Source of the DNA: an uncultured Candidatus Saccharibacteria bacterium
GTDB taxonomy: Bacteria > Patescibacteriota > Saccharimonadia > UBA4664 > CAYXHD01
Direction of reading: 5' to 3'
Assembly: GCA_964585425.1 (NCBI GenBank)
Contig: CAZPDI010000001.1
Span: 4,804 to 68,803 of the forward strand
Length of the DNA stretch: 64,000 nucleotides
Shown here: positions 44,945-54,688 of the stretch, in pieces
How positions within the stretch are numbered: the first letter of the stretch is position 1
Layout of the letters: each line of letters opens with the position of its first letter
Made by a program: the position numbers and the translations under genes
The notes under the pieces: model-generated
Database searches by the model: none
Told to the model about the DNA's origin: nothing
The model's input: the letters and a program-made list of their open reading frames with translations, nothing else

Positions 44945-46777
44945 TTACTTTTTGTTATTAGCGGCGCGCTTGCGCATGGAGGGGTTGAGTTCGCGTTTGC
45001 GGAGGCGGAGACTCTTGGGTGTGACTTCCAATAGCTCGTCGTTTTCCAGGAAGTCGATGCATTGTTCGAGGCTAAAAATAGTGTGTGGCGTGAGGCGGAC
45101 AGTGCCGTCACTGGATGAGCTACGCATGTTAGTGAGGTGTTTTTCTTTACAGACATTCATTTCCATATCGTCACCGCGGCTGTTGAGACCGACGATCTGA
45201 CCAGCGTAGACTTTGACGCCAGGACCAACGTACATGGTGCCGCGTTCTTCGGCCATTTGCAGGGCGTACGGCGTGGTCGTGCCAGTTTCGAAGGCAATCA
45301 GGGCACCGTTACGAAGTTGCTGCAGGGCGGGACCTTGCGGTTCGTAACCAACCATCAAGCTGTTCATGATAATTGTGCCCTTAGTGGCAGTTACTAAGAC
45401 GTTTCGAAGACCAAGTAAGGCTCGGGTTGGGAGTTCGTACACCAGTTTAGTGACGCCAGCGGCGTTGGCGAACTGCTCTTTAACGGTGGCGCGGCGTTGG
45501 CCAAGCTCCATTTGGACGGCACCGACGTATTCGGCCGGAACTTCGATGATGAGCTCTTCGATTGGCTCCATGGTCTTGCCGTTTTCTTGCTTGGTAACAA
45601 CTTGCGGGCGGCCAACTTCTAGCTCGTATCCTTCGCGGCGCATAGTTTCGATGAGCACCGACAGGTGTAGTTCGCCACGACCACTAACTAAATTGCCAAT
45701 TCCGCTGGGCTCGACACGCAGGCCAATATTGGTCTCCAGTTCTTTTTCGAGCCGTTCACCGATTTGACGGCTGGTAGTAAACTCACCTTCTAGACCCTTG
45801 AATGGACTAGTGTTTGGTCCTAGGTAAATCTGCAATGTTGGAGCTTCGATTTCCAGCACTGGTAGAGCTTCGGGCTGTTCGGCATCAGCAATGGTTTCAC
45901 CAATCTTGGCGTTAGCAATACCAGTAAGCTGGATAATCTCACCAGCAATGGCGCTGTCCACCGGATACTTGCTCACGCCTTGGCTGGCAAACACGCCATC
46001 AACTTTGGCTTTAGATTGCTTACCGTCTTTATCGATAAGGGTAACAGCATCACCAGTTTTAACACTACCGCGGGTAATGCGACCAACAGCGTATTTACCC
46101 TTAAATGAATCATACGAGAGAGCAGTGACAAGCATCTGGAAAGGCTTATCGAGCTCTACGTCTGGCGCAGGAATATCGTTCTTAATGGCAGTAAAGATTA
46201 CCTCCAGGTTAGCATCTTCTTCGGGATTAGCTGGCACCCCGGCCCAAGCTTTACCGGCGCGACCAATGGCGTAATAAATTGGGTAAAAGAGTTGATCTTC
46301 GTGCACGGCCAGCTCGAGGAAGAGGTCAGCTAATTCTTCTTCGACTTCGGCAATACGACTACCTGGCTTATCAATTTTGTTAATAACAACGATAGGCTTG
46401 AGACCCATGGCAAGTGCCTTAGAAAGCACAAACTTAGTTTGTGGCATCGGACCTTCTTGGGCGTCGACTATCAGTAAACAGCCGTCTGCCATATTAAGGG
46501 TTCGCTCTACCTCACCACCAAAGTCGGCGTGTCCAGGCGTATCGATAATATTAATGCGGATATCATCGTGCTGCACGGCCGTAACTTTAGCGGTAATAGT
46601 AATACCGCGCTCGCGCTCTTGGTCGCCACTATCCATGATCAGTTCTTGACCCATCTCGGCCTGGTTATCACGAAAGATTTTTGACTGCTTTAACAGGCCA
46701 TCTACCAGGGTAGTTTTACCGTGATCGACGTGAGCAATAATAGCAATATTACGAATGTTTTTTGGATCTTGTTGCAT
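44945..46777 (-). CDS. typA: Translational GTPase TypA/BipA
   Basis: 610 aa with [33 protein letters not shown] and NKID, plus the TypA-specific C-terminal domain. Confidence 0.95.
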   Translation of the reverse strand: MQQDPKNIRNIAIIAHVDHGKTTLVDGLLKQSKIFRDNQAEMGQELIMDSGDQERERGITITAKVTAVQHDDIRINIIDTPGHADFGGEVERTLNMADGCLLIVDAQEGPMPQTKFVLSKALAMGLKPIVVINKIDKPGSRIAEVEEELADLFLELAVHEDQLFYPIYYAIGRAGKAWAGVPANPEEDANLEVIFTAIKNDIPAPDVELDKPFQMLVTALSYDSFKGKYAVGRITRGSVKTGDAVTLIDKDGKQSKAKVDGVFASQGVSKYPVDSAIAGEIIQLTGIANAKIGETIADAEQPEALPVLEIEAPTLQIYLGPNTSPFKGLEGEFTTSRQIGERLEKELETNIGLRVEPSGIGNLVSGRGELHLSVLIETMRREGYELEVGRPQVVTKQENGKTMEPIEELIIEVPAEYVGAVQMELGQRRATVKEQFANAAGVTKLVYELPTRALLGLRNVLVTATKGTIIMNSLMVGYEPQGPALQQLRNGALIAFETGTTTPYALQMAEERGTMYVGPGVKVYAGQIVGLNSRGDDMEMNVCKEKHLTNMRSSSSDGTVRLTPHTIFSLEQCIDFLENDELLEVTPKSLRLRKRELNPSMRKRAANNKK

Positions 46778-46883
46778 TAAAAAACGCCTCCCCGGCGTGC
46801 TAGGTATTATTAGAGTAATTATAGCATAAATATCCTAAATATCATACAATTAGACAGTTCGCCCATCTACTAAAGGGGAAGTA

Positions 46884-47258
46884 GTGCACCTCACTAATCC
46901 AAGTCGCCGCCGAACTGATTCTGACGTGGTCATGCTGGTTCGTACGCCAGGTGGCCACCTGGCTGTGCTGGTCTTTACTGCTACAGCCCGTGGACAACGC
47001 CTTCGTCTGGATAGTCAAACATGGAATGGTGTGACGTTTGACGATATGGATGACGCCATCAAAGCGCTCCAGGAAACGGCCGACGCTCACTTGATTACCG
47101 AGAACAACCGTGTGACGGACACGTTGCTTCATGCCAATCCATTGGATTCGCACTTCTTCTTGATGGAGCCCTGGGATCACAAACGCTTCATCGAAGCGAT
47201 CAAACGGGATGGTCTGTTCGATTGTCAGCGTCCGGTGTTCACACCCGTCACCCGCTGA
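46884..47258 (+). CDS. ORFan, 124 aa, moderately GC-enriched
   Basis: GTG start follows the SD AAAGGGGAAG. No motif recognised. Confidence 0.45.
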   Translation: MHLTNPSRRRTDSDVVMLVRTPGGHLAVLVFTATARGQRLRLDSQTWNGVTFDDMDDAIKALQETADAHLITENNRVTDTLLHANPLDSHFFLMEPWDHKRFIEAIKRDGLFDCQRPVFTPVTR

Positions 47259-47269
47259 TTTCAGTAGCA

Positions 47270-47320
47270 CCCACCTACGACAAGCCCACCGCTGGTTGTA
47301 GGTGGGCTTCGTCGTTTATA
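47270..47320 (+). terminator. Hairpin region with two alternative pairings after the 124-aa ORFan
   Basis: CCCACCTAC (47270-47278) can pair with GTAGGTGGG (47298-47306). Alternatively ACGACAAGCCCACC (47277-47290) pairs with GGTGGGCTTCGTCGT (47301-47315). TTTATA follows. Confidence 0.45.
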
Positions 47321-47326
47321 AGGTTA

Positions 47327-48412
47327 TTAGATGTTGTAGACAGGTTTGCCGAGAGCACGACCAACGGCTTGCGTAAGAGCACCCATGCCCATAATGTACA
47401 CCGCCATACCGGCAAAGATATTTAGCACCGGTACGAGATAAACCAGCAAGACTACGAGTGAACCGACGGCCATGATTACTAGCGGCTGATGCGAGTCTTG
47501 CAGTAATTTTCGACCGACAACGTAGGCTACCACCGGCCCAGACAAAATGCCAGCTCCTGCCCATACTATTCCAAGCAACAGAGCTAATGGAATGCCGACT
47601 ATTGTTACCAGGAGCAAGACCAAGACAAAAGGAAGTAAAAAGGTGGTTATGAGGCCAATGGCCAAGGTTTTGCTAGGTTTGGTTAGCACCAACTCCGCTA
47701 ACCCATTAAAGCGACGAGGAGCTACTATCACCAGCAGCATAGCAGTAATGAACATCATTAAATTAATGAAGAACAAGAAGCCCAGCCCAGCTTTAGGCGC
47801 GCTCTCTTTTGCTGATTCCTTGGCTTTGTTGTCTGGCGATTTGACCTGATTTACGGTTCCGTCCACCGAACCGGCGGAGACTGTTAAGTCATCGGTGCGG
47901 GCATCGAAATTACGAGCAACGTTGCCGGTAACTGTAACGGTAGCCCCGGCAGCATAAGCATCACGCGCTAGATTACCGGCTACCAAAACACTGGATCCGG
48001 CCAGTGTGGCGTCACCGCCAATTTTGGCATCTGGTTCAACGCTAACACTCTGGCCGGCTAGACTAATGGCACGCTGCACAGTGCCCGCTATACTCACGCT
48101 TTGGCCCGCAGCTCTGACACTGCCGTTAACCGTACCGCCGATTCTCACCTCTTGACCGGCGCACATCACATCGCCGTTAACCGTGCCGGTAACAAATACC
48201 GTTTTACCTGCACAAAATACATCGCCGTTAACTGTGCCCGCAATAGTAACGGTACTACCGGTAACAAATAAACTATGATCCACCACTTCCGTCGGTGATA
48301 CGACTGTATTGGTTCCAGATCGATATGGTTGATTGGCTGCTACAGCTACGCCGCCAAAGACAAAAATAGCCAACACCGCTGTAAGTGTCGACGTGAATGC
48401 TAATCGCTTCAT
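47327..48412 (-). CDS. Bactofilin-like (polymer-forming, DUF583-type repeats) protein fused to a polytopic membrane domain
   Basis: 361 aa with a signal/TM N-terminus, repeated GTVNGDV / G.V.G.V beta-helix units and about four C-terminal TM helices. Confidence 0.6.
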   Translation of the reverse strand: MKRLAFTSTLTAVLAIFVFGGVAVAANQPYRSGTNTVVSPTEVVDHSLFVTGSTVTIAGTVNGDVFCAGKTVFVTGTVNGDVMCAGQEVRIGGTVNGSVRAAGQSVSIAGTVQRAISLAGQSVSVEPDAKIGGDATLAGSSVLVAGNLARDAYAAGATVTVTGNVARNFDARTDDLTVSAGSVDGTVNQVKSPDNKAKESAKESAPKAGLGFLFFINLMMFITAMLLVIVAPRRFNGLAELVLTKPSKTLAIGLITTFLLPFVLVLLLVTIVGIPLALLLGIVWAGAGILSGPVVAYVVGRKLLQDSHQPLVIMAVGSLVVLLVYLVPVLNIFAGMAVYIMGMGALTQAVGRALGKPVYNI

Positions 48413-48436
48413 AATGCTCCTGCCCTTATAGTTGTA

Positions 48437-49159
48437 TCATACGCCCGCATTACGGCGCTTGGCAAGCCACATTTTTCGCTCTTGGGAGTTAAAATGTTCA
48501 ATGGCATAACGCAAGGTTGTTCGTGGCATAGTCGCAGCATGTTTTTGTAAAAAATCACGTAACAAATTGGGGTCGACTCGCTTACCCATTTCGCGTAACA
48601 TCCAACCGACGGCTTTATGCATTAAGTCTTGTTTATCATTGATGAGCAGTTCGGCAATTTCGAGGGTTGGACCAGGCTCACCCTTAGTGAGGTAATAATG
48701 GGTGGCGATCATGGCGATGCGCCGCTCCCACATATTTGAAGAGGCGGCGAGGTCCGGCAGTACTTTCGAGTTGGGATACGCAAAGAGATATCCCCCAACG
48801 ATTTGCCGGGCGCTACTATCGACGATATCCCAGTTATTTATATGCGCGGTATTTGCCAAATAGAAATCATATATAATTTTTTGTTGCTGGGTGGCGCCGC
48901 GTTCAAATTGCTTAACGAGTATGATGACGGCTAATAATCGATCTTCGTGCCAAGTACTTTGCAGCAATTTCTTTATCTCAGACAATGACAAATCTTTTCC
49001 AGTTTTGGCCACCTTACGAATATTCGGTACCGTCACGCCAATAAATTCATCGCCTTCGCCATACTCACCCGGTCCAGTCTTAAAAAAATGTGGAAAAAAG
49101 GCGGCCTTTTCTGGGTTAACATAGTCGAGCAATAATTGATGTAAAGACTCGGCGCTCAT
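48437..49159 (-). CDS. DNA alkylation repair protein (AlkD/AlkC-like HEAT-repeat glycosylase family)
   Basis: 240 aa. PEKAAFFPHFFKTGPGEYGEGDEFIGVTVPNIRKVAK..WHEDRLLAV is typical of this family as I remember it. Confidence 0.65.
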   Translation of the reverse strand: MSAESLHQLLLDYVNPEKAAFFPHFFKTGPGEYGEGDEFIGVTVPNIRKVAKTGKDLSLSEIKKLLQSTWHEDRLLAVIILVKQFERGATQQQKIIYDFYLANTAHINNWDIVDSSARQIVGGYLFAYPNSKVLPDLAASSNMWERRIAMIATHYYLTKGEPGPTLEIAELLINDKQDLMHKAVGWMLREMGKRVDPNLLRDFLQKHAATMPRTTLRYAIEHFNSQERKMWLAKRRNAGV

Positions 49160-49188
49160 ACTACACTCTTAATACGTTAAAAATCATT

Positions 49189-50709
49189 TTAGCTAAACAA
49201 ACTCGGTTGCGTGCCGGCAGTTCCCCTGGTTATTTCATCGAGCACTTCGTAAATGCGCACCATGGCCAAGGTATCGAGCGCACAATAGACCAGCAAATCA
49301 TCGAAAACCTTTTGCGCCTCATCGGCCGGCATGTCGCCAAACACCGCACGCATGTATGAACCTTGGGCATCACCACCATTTTGAATACCAAGTTCTTTAT
49401 AGCTTAAATCAGGTGCCAACACTGGTAGGACATTTTTAATACTGGCACTGCCCATAAAACGGGAGTCAACATAGAGCTGTTGCTGGAAGGGATCGATGAG
49501 ATCAACCACACGAGCATTTAGATCAAGCAAGAAGTCGGCGTGCTCCGGGAACATCTCGGCCATTTCGCTGTGGCGCCCGCATTCGAACGCTTTATACCAT
49601 ACGGCGATACTACCAGTAGGGCCAATATCGCGCTTGAGCTGCTCAATGAGTGGCGGCATGGGATTACTCTGCTCCGTCCATAAAAATTCGGTGTGACGCA
49701 ACTCTTGGCCCGGCGCATCAAGAATATGCAAACTGTACTGCATAGGAATTTGCTGATACGGCTTGGTGCCGTCGTATAGTGGCACCGCATCGGCCGCCGT
49801 TTCGTAATCTAAAAAGTAAATTGGGAATTGGATGGTTTGCATAAATTTAGCGATGGCTGGGGCGTCGATGCGCACCTCTCCACTCTTGGTGGTAGCGATT
49901 TGCATTTGCTGAGCCGGCGCCAGCGTACTAATAATCTCCGCGGGTACGTCTTGGATTTTAGTAACTCCGGCGGCCTCCAGCTGCTCAATAAGTTTTGGAT
50001 TCAACCGAGCGAGATTAAGGATGCTGTCAGTCGGCACTTCGCCTTTGAGTTTCTTGTAAATAGGCATCCAATCAAAATAGCCACCATAACTTGCCAGTCG
50101 CGGTGACAAGCTTGGACAATCCGGACTTAGAATCACGTCAAAGGCTTCTTGGACTTTAGCGTCCATGGCCAACATTGTATTATGTACGTCATCAGTCACA
50201 TCGGTGATGCTAGTGAGAGCCATAACATCGATATCACCATTCCGCACATACTGACCATTAACATGGACCACGGCAGTTTTGCGCACCCGATAGCCGCAAG
50301 CCTCTATGGTACGCTTTTGGAATGCCAGATCCCAGGTGTGATCCGGCTTGGCTTTGGTACTAACTTTAATTTCATAAATATCAAACTCATCACCGCCGAC
50401 GCGAACCATGACATCGGTTAAGCAAGCCGTGTTATCAGGCGCCGTGAATTTGGCCTGAAATAATGTTTGAGCGCCAGTCGCCAATAAACGCGCCGTGACT
50501 CGATCCTTTTCGAAGTAATCACCAGTGATGCGTTGACCATCACTAAACAGTTGCTCGGCAAGAGCTTCGAAGCGAAAGCCCATATCAAAAAGAGCTTGGG
50601 TATTAGCATCAATCGGCGGCAGCTTATTGGGCTCAAACTTTTTAAGCCACAACCAAGCCGGGTGTTTTAAAAATACCATAAAGTCAGATTTAGAAAGTTG
50701 ACGTGCCAT
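49189..50709 (-). CDS. DUF2779-like protein (putative PD-(D/E)xK nuclease N-terminus plus exonuclease-like C-terminus)
   Basis: 506 aa. The N-terminus LSKSDFMVFLKHPAWLWLKK resembles the DUF2779 family start. The assignment is from memory only. Confidence 0.45.
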   Translation of the reverse strand: MARQLSKSDFMVFLKHPAWLWLKKFEPNKLPPIDANTQALFDMGFRFEALAEQLFSDGQRITGDYFEKDRVTARLLATGAQTLFQAKFTAPDNTACLTDVMVRVGGDEFDIYEIKVSTKAKPDHTWDLAFQKRTIEACGYRVRKTAVVHVNGQYVRNGDIDVMALTSITDVTDDVHNTMLAMDAKVQEAFDVILSPDCPSLSPRLASYGGYFDWMPIYKKLKGEVPTDSILNLARLNPKLIEQLEAAGVTKIQDVPAEIISTLAPAQQMQIATTKSGEVRIDAPAIAKFMQTIQFPIYFLDYETAADAVPLYDGTKPYQQIPMQYSLHILDAPGQELRHTEFLWTEQSNPMPPLIEQLKRDIGPTGSIAVWYKAFECGRHSEMAEMFPEHADFLLDLNARVVDLIDPFQQQLYVDSRFMGSASIKNVLPVLAPDLSYKELGIQNGGDAQGSYMRAVFGDMPADEAQKVFDDLLVYCALDTLAMVRIYEVLDEITRGTAGTQPSLFS

Positions 50710-50789
50710 GTTATTAGTATAGCAGTGGGAGCACCTAGGTTAAAAACAACTTTTCTGGTTATTGCGACTAATTCGCAGTAAGTAAAAAT

Positions 50790-51470
50790 CTACTTTTTTA
50801 GAGTCCTCTGGAACAAACGATGCCAGCGCCAAAACGCACCAATACCCTTAATGGTGGTAGCCGTATGATTACCAACATTGTAGCGATGCACCTTCATGCC
50901 AGGTAAAGCCGTAATAAGTAACTCGGTATTAGTAGGCGGAATAACAGTGTCTTTTTGTGAATAGATCAGATACACCGGACGCCCATCAAGCAACCCCATA
51001 TCTTTGAGCGGTTCGACCGGACTTAGCTCTTGTGAAAGCTGCGTGAAATCATAACCATTCTTTGTATATGCTGGTTTAAAAGATTTGCCGGCCGGGCTCT
51101 TCCAGATAAATCGCGCAATTGAACCACGAGCTGTCACTAAGGCGGCGGCTCGCAATTGTGGCGTATGCTTGAGCGCGTACAGTGCACTCTCGGAGCCTAA
51201 CGAGTTCCCCATCGTGTAGGACGGAATATCTTTTGGCAAGGTTGCAAGCGTAGCGGCGATATCGCGCTGAACAGCCTCAATCTGCCCAACGTAGGCCATA
51301 ATGTTAGAGGATACTACCGTTTGCGAATCCAGCACATAGGCATAGACTCGGTAGCCGAGCAGTCGCATCATCCAGTAGGCTGGCAGATAGGTGCCAATCC
51401 TCGTACGGTAGCCACCGATAAAAAAGATGACGCGACGCCTGGACAAACCAAACTGGCGCCGCTCAAACAT
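50790..51470 (-). CDS. Alpha/beta hydrolase fold protein
   Basis: 226 aa with the nucleophile elbow GNSLGS and a length and pattern consistent with a small alpha/beta hydrolase. Confidence 0.5.
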   Translation of the reverse strand: MFERRQFGLSRRRVIFFIGGYRTRIGTYLPAYWMMRLLGYRVYAYVLDSQTVVSSNIMAYVGQIEAVQRDIAATLATLPKDIPSYTMGNSLGSESALYALKHTPQLRAAALVTARGSIARFIWKSPAGKSFKPAYTKNGYDFTQLSQELSPVEPLKDMGLLDGRPVYLIYSQKDTVIPPTNTELLITALPGMKVHRYNVGNHTATTIKGIGAFWRWHRLFQRTLKK

Positions 51471-53113
51471 TAGTGACCGGCCATGGCTTTCTCATCTTTT
51501 TCGAGGTTCTGGACGTTGGGCAATTGTGTCGAGAGACCAAGGGCAATCAGCACAAATACCGACATCAAAGCAAGGGCCGTCTTGTTGGCATCAACAGTTG
51601 CCTGATGAGCAATAGTAACCATTTCTTTAGCAATTATCGGGTTGGTTTTACTGCTCTGCTTTTCGGTCCCAAACTGAATTTCGCCAGCATGACCAGCGAC
51701 AGCCTGAACTACAGCAGCTTTGGCTGGATCGGGAATGACCTTACTATCCTTAATACCGGTGGTGAGATTGGTAGCGATGCTGCTTAAAACTACAGCGCCA
51801 ATAATAGCCGAGCCCAGCGTTGAGCCGACATTACGCAGAGTATTATTAACACCCGAAGCTTCACCAGATTGCTGGACGCTCACGGCAGACAACGTGAGGT
51901 TAGAAATCATACCCATCACAAAGCCCATACCAATGCCATAGACGAAGAGCATGGGGGCCATGTCCATAACACCAACCGAAGGTGTCAAAGTAGCCCGCAA
52001 CCACAAGGTACTAGCGATACTAATCGCCAAACCAATCTGAATAATGCGCTTTGGCGTAAGTTTTTTACGTAATGCGATTGAACCAGGCGCGCCTAAGAAA
52101 ATACCCAGTGGTAAGGGCAAGAGAGCCAAGCCAGTATGGAAGGCATCCAAACCGAGAACACCCTGCAAGAAGACCGGCAGCGCAAAGAACAACCCGACTT
52201 GACCAAGCGAAAGTACCGAAACTACTACGCTACCACTCACAAACTGCTTGTTTTTAAACAAACTCATGCTCACTAACGGCGTCTTACCAATTTTTTCCTG
52301 ATGGAACTGCCAACGCACGAACAAGAACAGGACGAATAAACCAAAGGCAATAGCGAGCGGAACTGGCGATAATCCAAACGGTGTGGCGCTGTTACCAAAG
52401 ATCGCAAAGTTCTGCGTTGCCCTCCACCAGCCATAGGTACTGGTTTCGATAAAGCCATAGACCAACCAGAATAAACCGACGGCCGAAAGCAATACGCCAA
52501 GTATATCTAACTCGGCTTTTTCCTCGGTGTCGCGTGATTCTTTAACAAAGAGAACGGTACCCACAACTAATACGGCGGCGACAAAAATATTAATCAGGAA
52601 CGCCCAGCGCCAGGTGTAATTGGTGCCGAGCCAGCCCCCAAGGATTGGCCCAATGGCGGCACTGGCAGCAGCCATGCTCCCCCACACACCAAACGCAATG
52701 GCGCGATCTTTGCCTTTATAGGTAGCTACTAATAGCGAGGCGGTGGCTGGCATCATTAGGGCTGCACCAATACCCTCGATGATCGACTCGCCGGCTAGCA
52801 ACATCGGGAATCCATTGGCGGCTGCTGCCATGCCAGAACCAATGGCAAACAAAATTGCGCCCAGCATAAACATCTTTTTACGGCCGTAGAGATCGCCCAA
52901 ACGGCCACCAGTAATGGTAAAGGCTGCCAAGGTTAAAGAATATGCAGCGATTACCCACTGCAAGTTTTGAACCGTTGTATTAAGATCACTAATAATAGCC
53001 TTAATCGATACGTTCAAAATAGTGGTATCAATAATAATAATGGACAGCGCCAGCGCTAAGACGACAAGTGGTATCCACTTGCGCACGCCGGACATAATTC
53101 TACTTTTTGTCAT
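51470..53113 (-). CDS. MFS transporter, DHA2 (14-TMS, EmrB/QacA-like) family
   Basis: 547 aa with about 14 TM segments and the motif GGRLGDLYGRKKMF. Confidence 0.8.
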   Translation of the reverse strand: MTKSRIMSGVRKWIPLVVLALALSIIIIDTTILNVSIKAIISDLNTTVQNLQWVIAAYSLTLAAFTITGGRLGDLYGRKKMFMLGAILFAIGSGMAAAANGFPMLLAGESIIEGIGAALMMPATASLLVATYKGKDRAIAFGVWGSMAAASAAIGPILGGWLGTNYTWRWAFLINIFVAAVLVVGTVLFVKESRDTEEKAELDILGVLLSAVGLFWLVYGFIETSTYGWWRATQNFAIFGNSATPFGLSPVPLAIAFGLFVLFLFVRWQFHQEKIGKTPLVSMSLFKNKQFVSGSVVVSVLSLGQVGLFFALPVFLQGVLGLDAFHTGLALLPLPLGIFLGAPGSIALRKKLTPKRIIQIGLAISIASTLWLRATLTPSVGVMDMAPMLFVYGIGMGFVMGMISNLTLSAVSVQQSGEASGVNNTLRNVGSTLGSAIIGAVVLSSIATNLTTGIKDSKVIPDPAKAAVVQAVAGHAGEIQFGTEKQSSKTNPIIAKEMVTIAHQATVDANKTALALMSVFVLIALGLSTQLPNVQNLEKDEKAMAGH

Positions 53114-53136
53114 AAAACTACCTCGTTTTATTTACG

Positions 53137-53586
53137 TTATTTACAGTCTTTGTCGGCGCCACAACTGTGAGCCAACTTTTTGAGCAGCACCAAGAGCTCG
53201 GTAATGTCTTGGTCACTTAAACCGGCCAGTAACTCTACAATGTGACCGTGTGCAGCCAATCGCAAACCCTCGACCTTCTTTTTACCGGCTACCGTTAAAC
53301 GCACATCGACGACTCGACGGTCCTCGGTTGAAGCCTCACGACTCACAAGCTCCATTTGTACCAAACCTTCGGTTAGCTGGGTAGCGGCACTGCTGCTAAT
53401 ACCCAACAGCTCGGCCATCAGCTTAATGGTAGCTGACTCGCGGCAACTCAAAAGATGCAGGGCTTCGGCTTGAGGGCGGCTCAAGCCTTGCGACGCTGCC
53501 GAGCTAGCCTTAATCGGCAGCACCTGGCGTTGCACCATGGCCATGACTTGCATGTATTCTTTTACGAGTTCTTCGCGCTTGGTCAT
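53137..53586 (-). CDS. MarR-family transcriptional regulator
   Basis: 149 aa with a winged-helix pattern (LSRPQAEALHLLS..TIKLMAELLGISSSAATQLTEGLVQMELVSR..DRRVV). It lies upstream of the MFS gene. Confidence 0.8.
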   Translation of the reverse strand: MTKREELVKEYMQVMAMVQRQVLPIKASSAASQGLSRPQAEALHLLSCRESATIKLMAELLGISSSAATQLTEGLVQMELVSREASTEDRRVVDVRLTVAGKKKVEGLRLAAHGHIVELLAGLSDQDITELLVLLKKLAHSCGADKDCK

Positions 53587-53646
53587 GTAATTATGTTAGT
53601 TTCTTAATTAATTACTGTCAAGCGCATGAGGGTGCAAAACGCCCTA

Positions 53647-54582
53647 TTATTTAGTAAAGTAGGTGGTCTTTACCAGGGTATAGACTTTTGATCCCAGCGG
53701 GATAAGCAACAATACGATGCCGAGCCCAAGCAAGTAATAGGTTTGGCTGTTAAAGGTGGCAATGAAGGCGTTGTAGACATTTTCTACGACGATACGCAAG
53801 TTCTGCTGGTTGACCTGAGCCAATACTGGCGGCTTAAACAATGGACCGACCAAGAGTGCCAGCAAGCCTGCGGTTGAGACAGCGATACCCTGCCCGACCA
53901 GTAACTTGTTAGTTGGATAGCGTTTTTTCACATGTGGCCAGACCAGCAAGAAGAGCGCCAACAGGAAGGCTAATGGTGCTACAAAGGTCAGCACTACACC
54001 AGCCTGATAGAATGATGGGATCTTATCGATATTTTTAAAGATAGTAATAGTGTCAGGTACTTGATCAACCTTAACTACCGCTTCATCCTTATTAGCCAAG
54101 GTCAGCAACTTGGTAATGGTGGTTTTGATACCGCTTAGATCATAGGTGATTGGCTCTGGTCGCTTAGAGGTAAACAAGATCTGCACTTTACCCACTACGG
54201 CATTCAGAGCATTCTGCGCTTGCTGAGTATTAAGCAATCCAGCAATAAAGTTGGTGGCTGGCTCGGCCACTACGGCACGAGCGGCTGGCTGGCTTTGCAA
54301 AGCGGTATCGACAATTTCGCCAGCTAGCGCATTACGGCTGCTTTGCGAGAGTAGTGCTTGACTGGTTACCGTAGTAAACTCCTTGGTATCAAACATCGTA
54401 CGGTTCACCCAAATAGCTGAGTTCGCCACTACTAAAAGCAGCGCAGCCAAGATGGTACTTAGAATAAAATTACGCTTCTTATGTGATTTCTTAGTTGGCG
54501 CAGCAACCGTCTGGCTGGCAACGGACTGAGTTTTTTTCTTTACAGGTGTTTTTGTTGTCTTCTTAGGTGCGGTCCTTGCCAT
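53647..54582 (-). CDS. Membrane hypothetical protein
   Basis: 311 aa with a Lys-rich N-terminus and TM helices at the N- and C-terminal parts. Confidence 0.45.
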   Translation of the reverse strand: MARTAPKKTTKTPVKKKTQSVASQTVAAPTKKSHKKRNFILSTILAALLLVVANSAIWVNRTMFDTKEFTTVTSQALLSQSSRNALAGEIVDTALQSQPAARAVVAEPATNFIAGLLNTQQAQNALNAVVGKVQILFTSKRPEPITYDLSGIKTTITKLLTLANKDEAVVKVDQVPDTITIFKNIDKIPSFYQAGVVLTFVAPLAFLLALFLLVWPHVKKRYPTNKLLVGQGIAVSTAGLLALLVGPLFKPPVLAQVNQQNLRIVVENVYNAFIATFNSQTYYLLGLGIVLLLIPLGSKVYTLVKTTYFTK

Positions 54583-54611
54583 AACAAATCCTTTTCTTGC
54601 TTTATAGCGCT

Positions 54612-54639
54612 ATTATACATCTATTTTCATAAATTGCGA
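54612..54639 (-). promoter_or_regulatory. Candidate promoter of the backbone gene 53647..54582; its sequence is repeated upstream of pyrC
   Basis: On the minus strand: TCGCAA-tttatgaaaatagatg-TATAAT, with a 16-nt spacer. Confidence 0.45.
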
Positions 54640-54642
54640 GCT

Positions 54643-54672
54643 GGCGCCGAGCGAGTCTTCCCGCCCGGCGCC
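54643..54672 (-). terminator. GC hairpin after pyrC
   Basis: GGCGCCG (54643-54649) pairs with CGGCGCC (54666-54672), a 7-bp GC stem 17 nt after the pyrC stop. No U tract. Confidence 0.45.
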
Positions 54673-54688
54673 AATCTCATGCTGCTGG

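Noticed and set aside
47860-48300. Apparent periodic DNA repeat in the 47327..48412 gene.
   Set aside because: The periodicity reflects protein-level bactofilin-type beta-helix repeats (GTVNGDV and related) with degenerate codons. It is not a DNA tandem repeat of independent significance.
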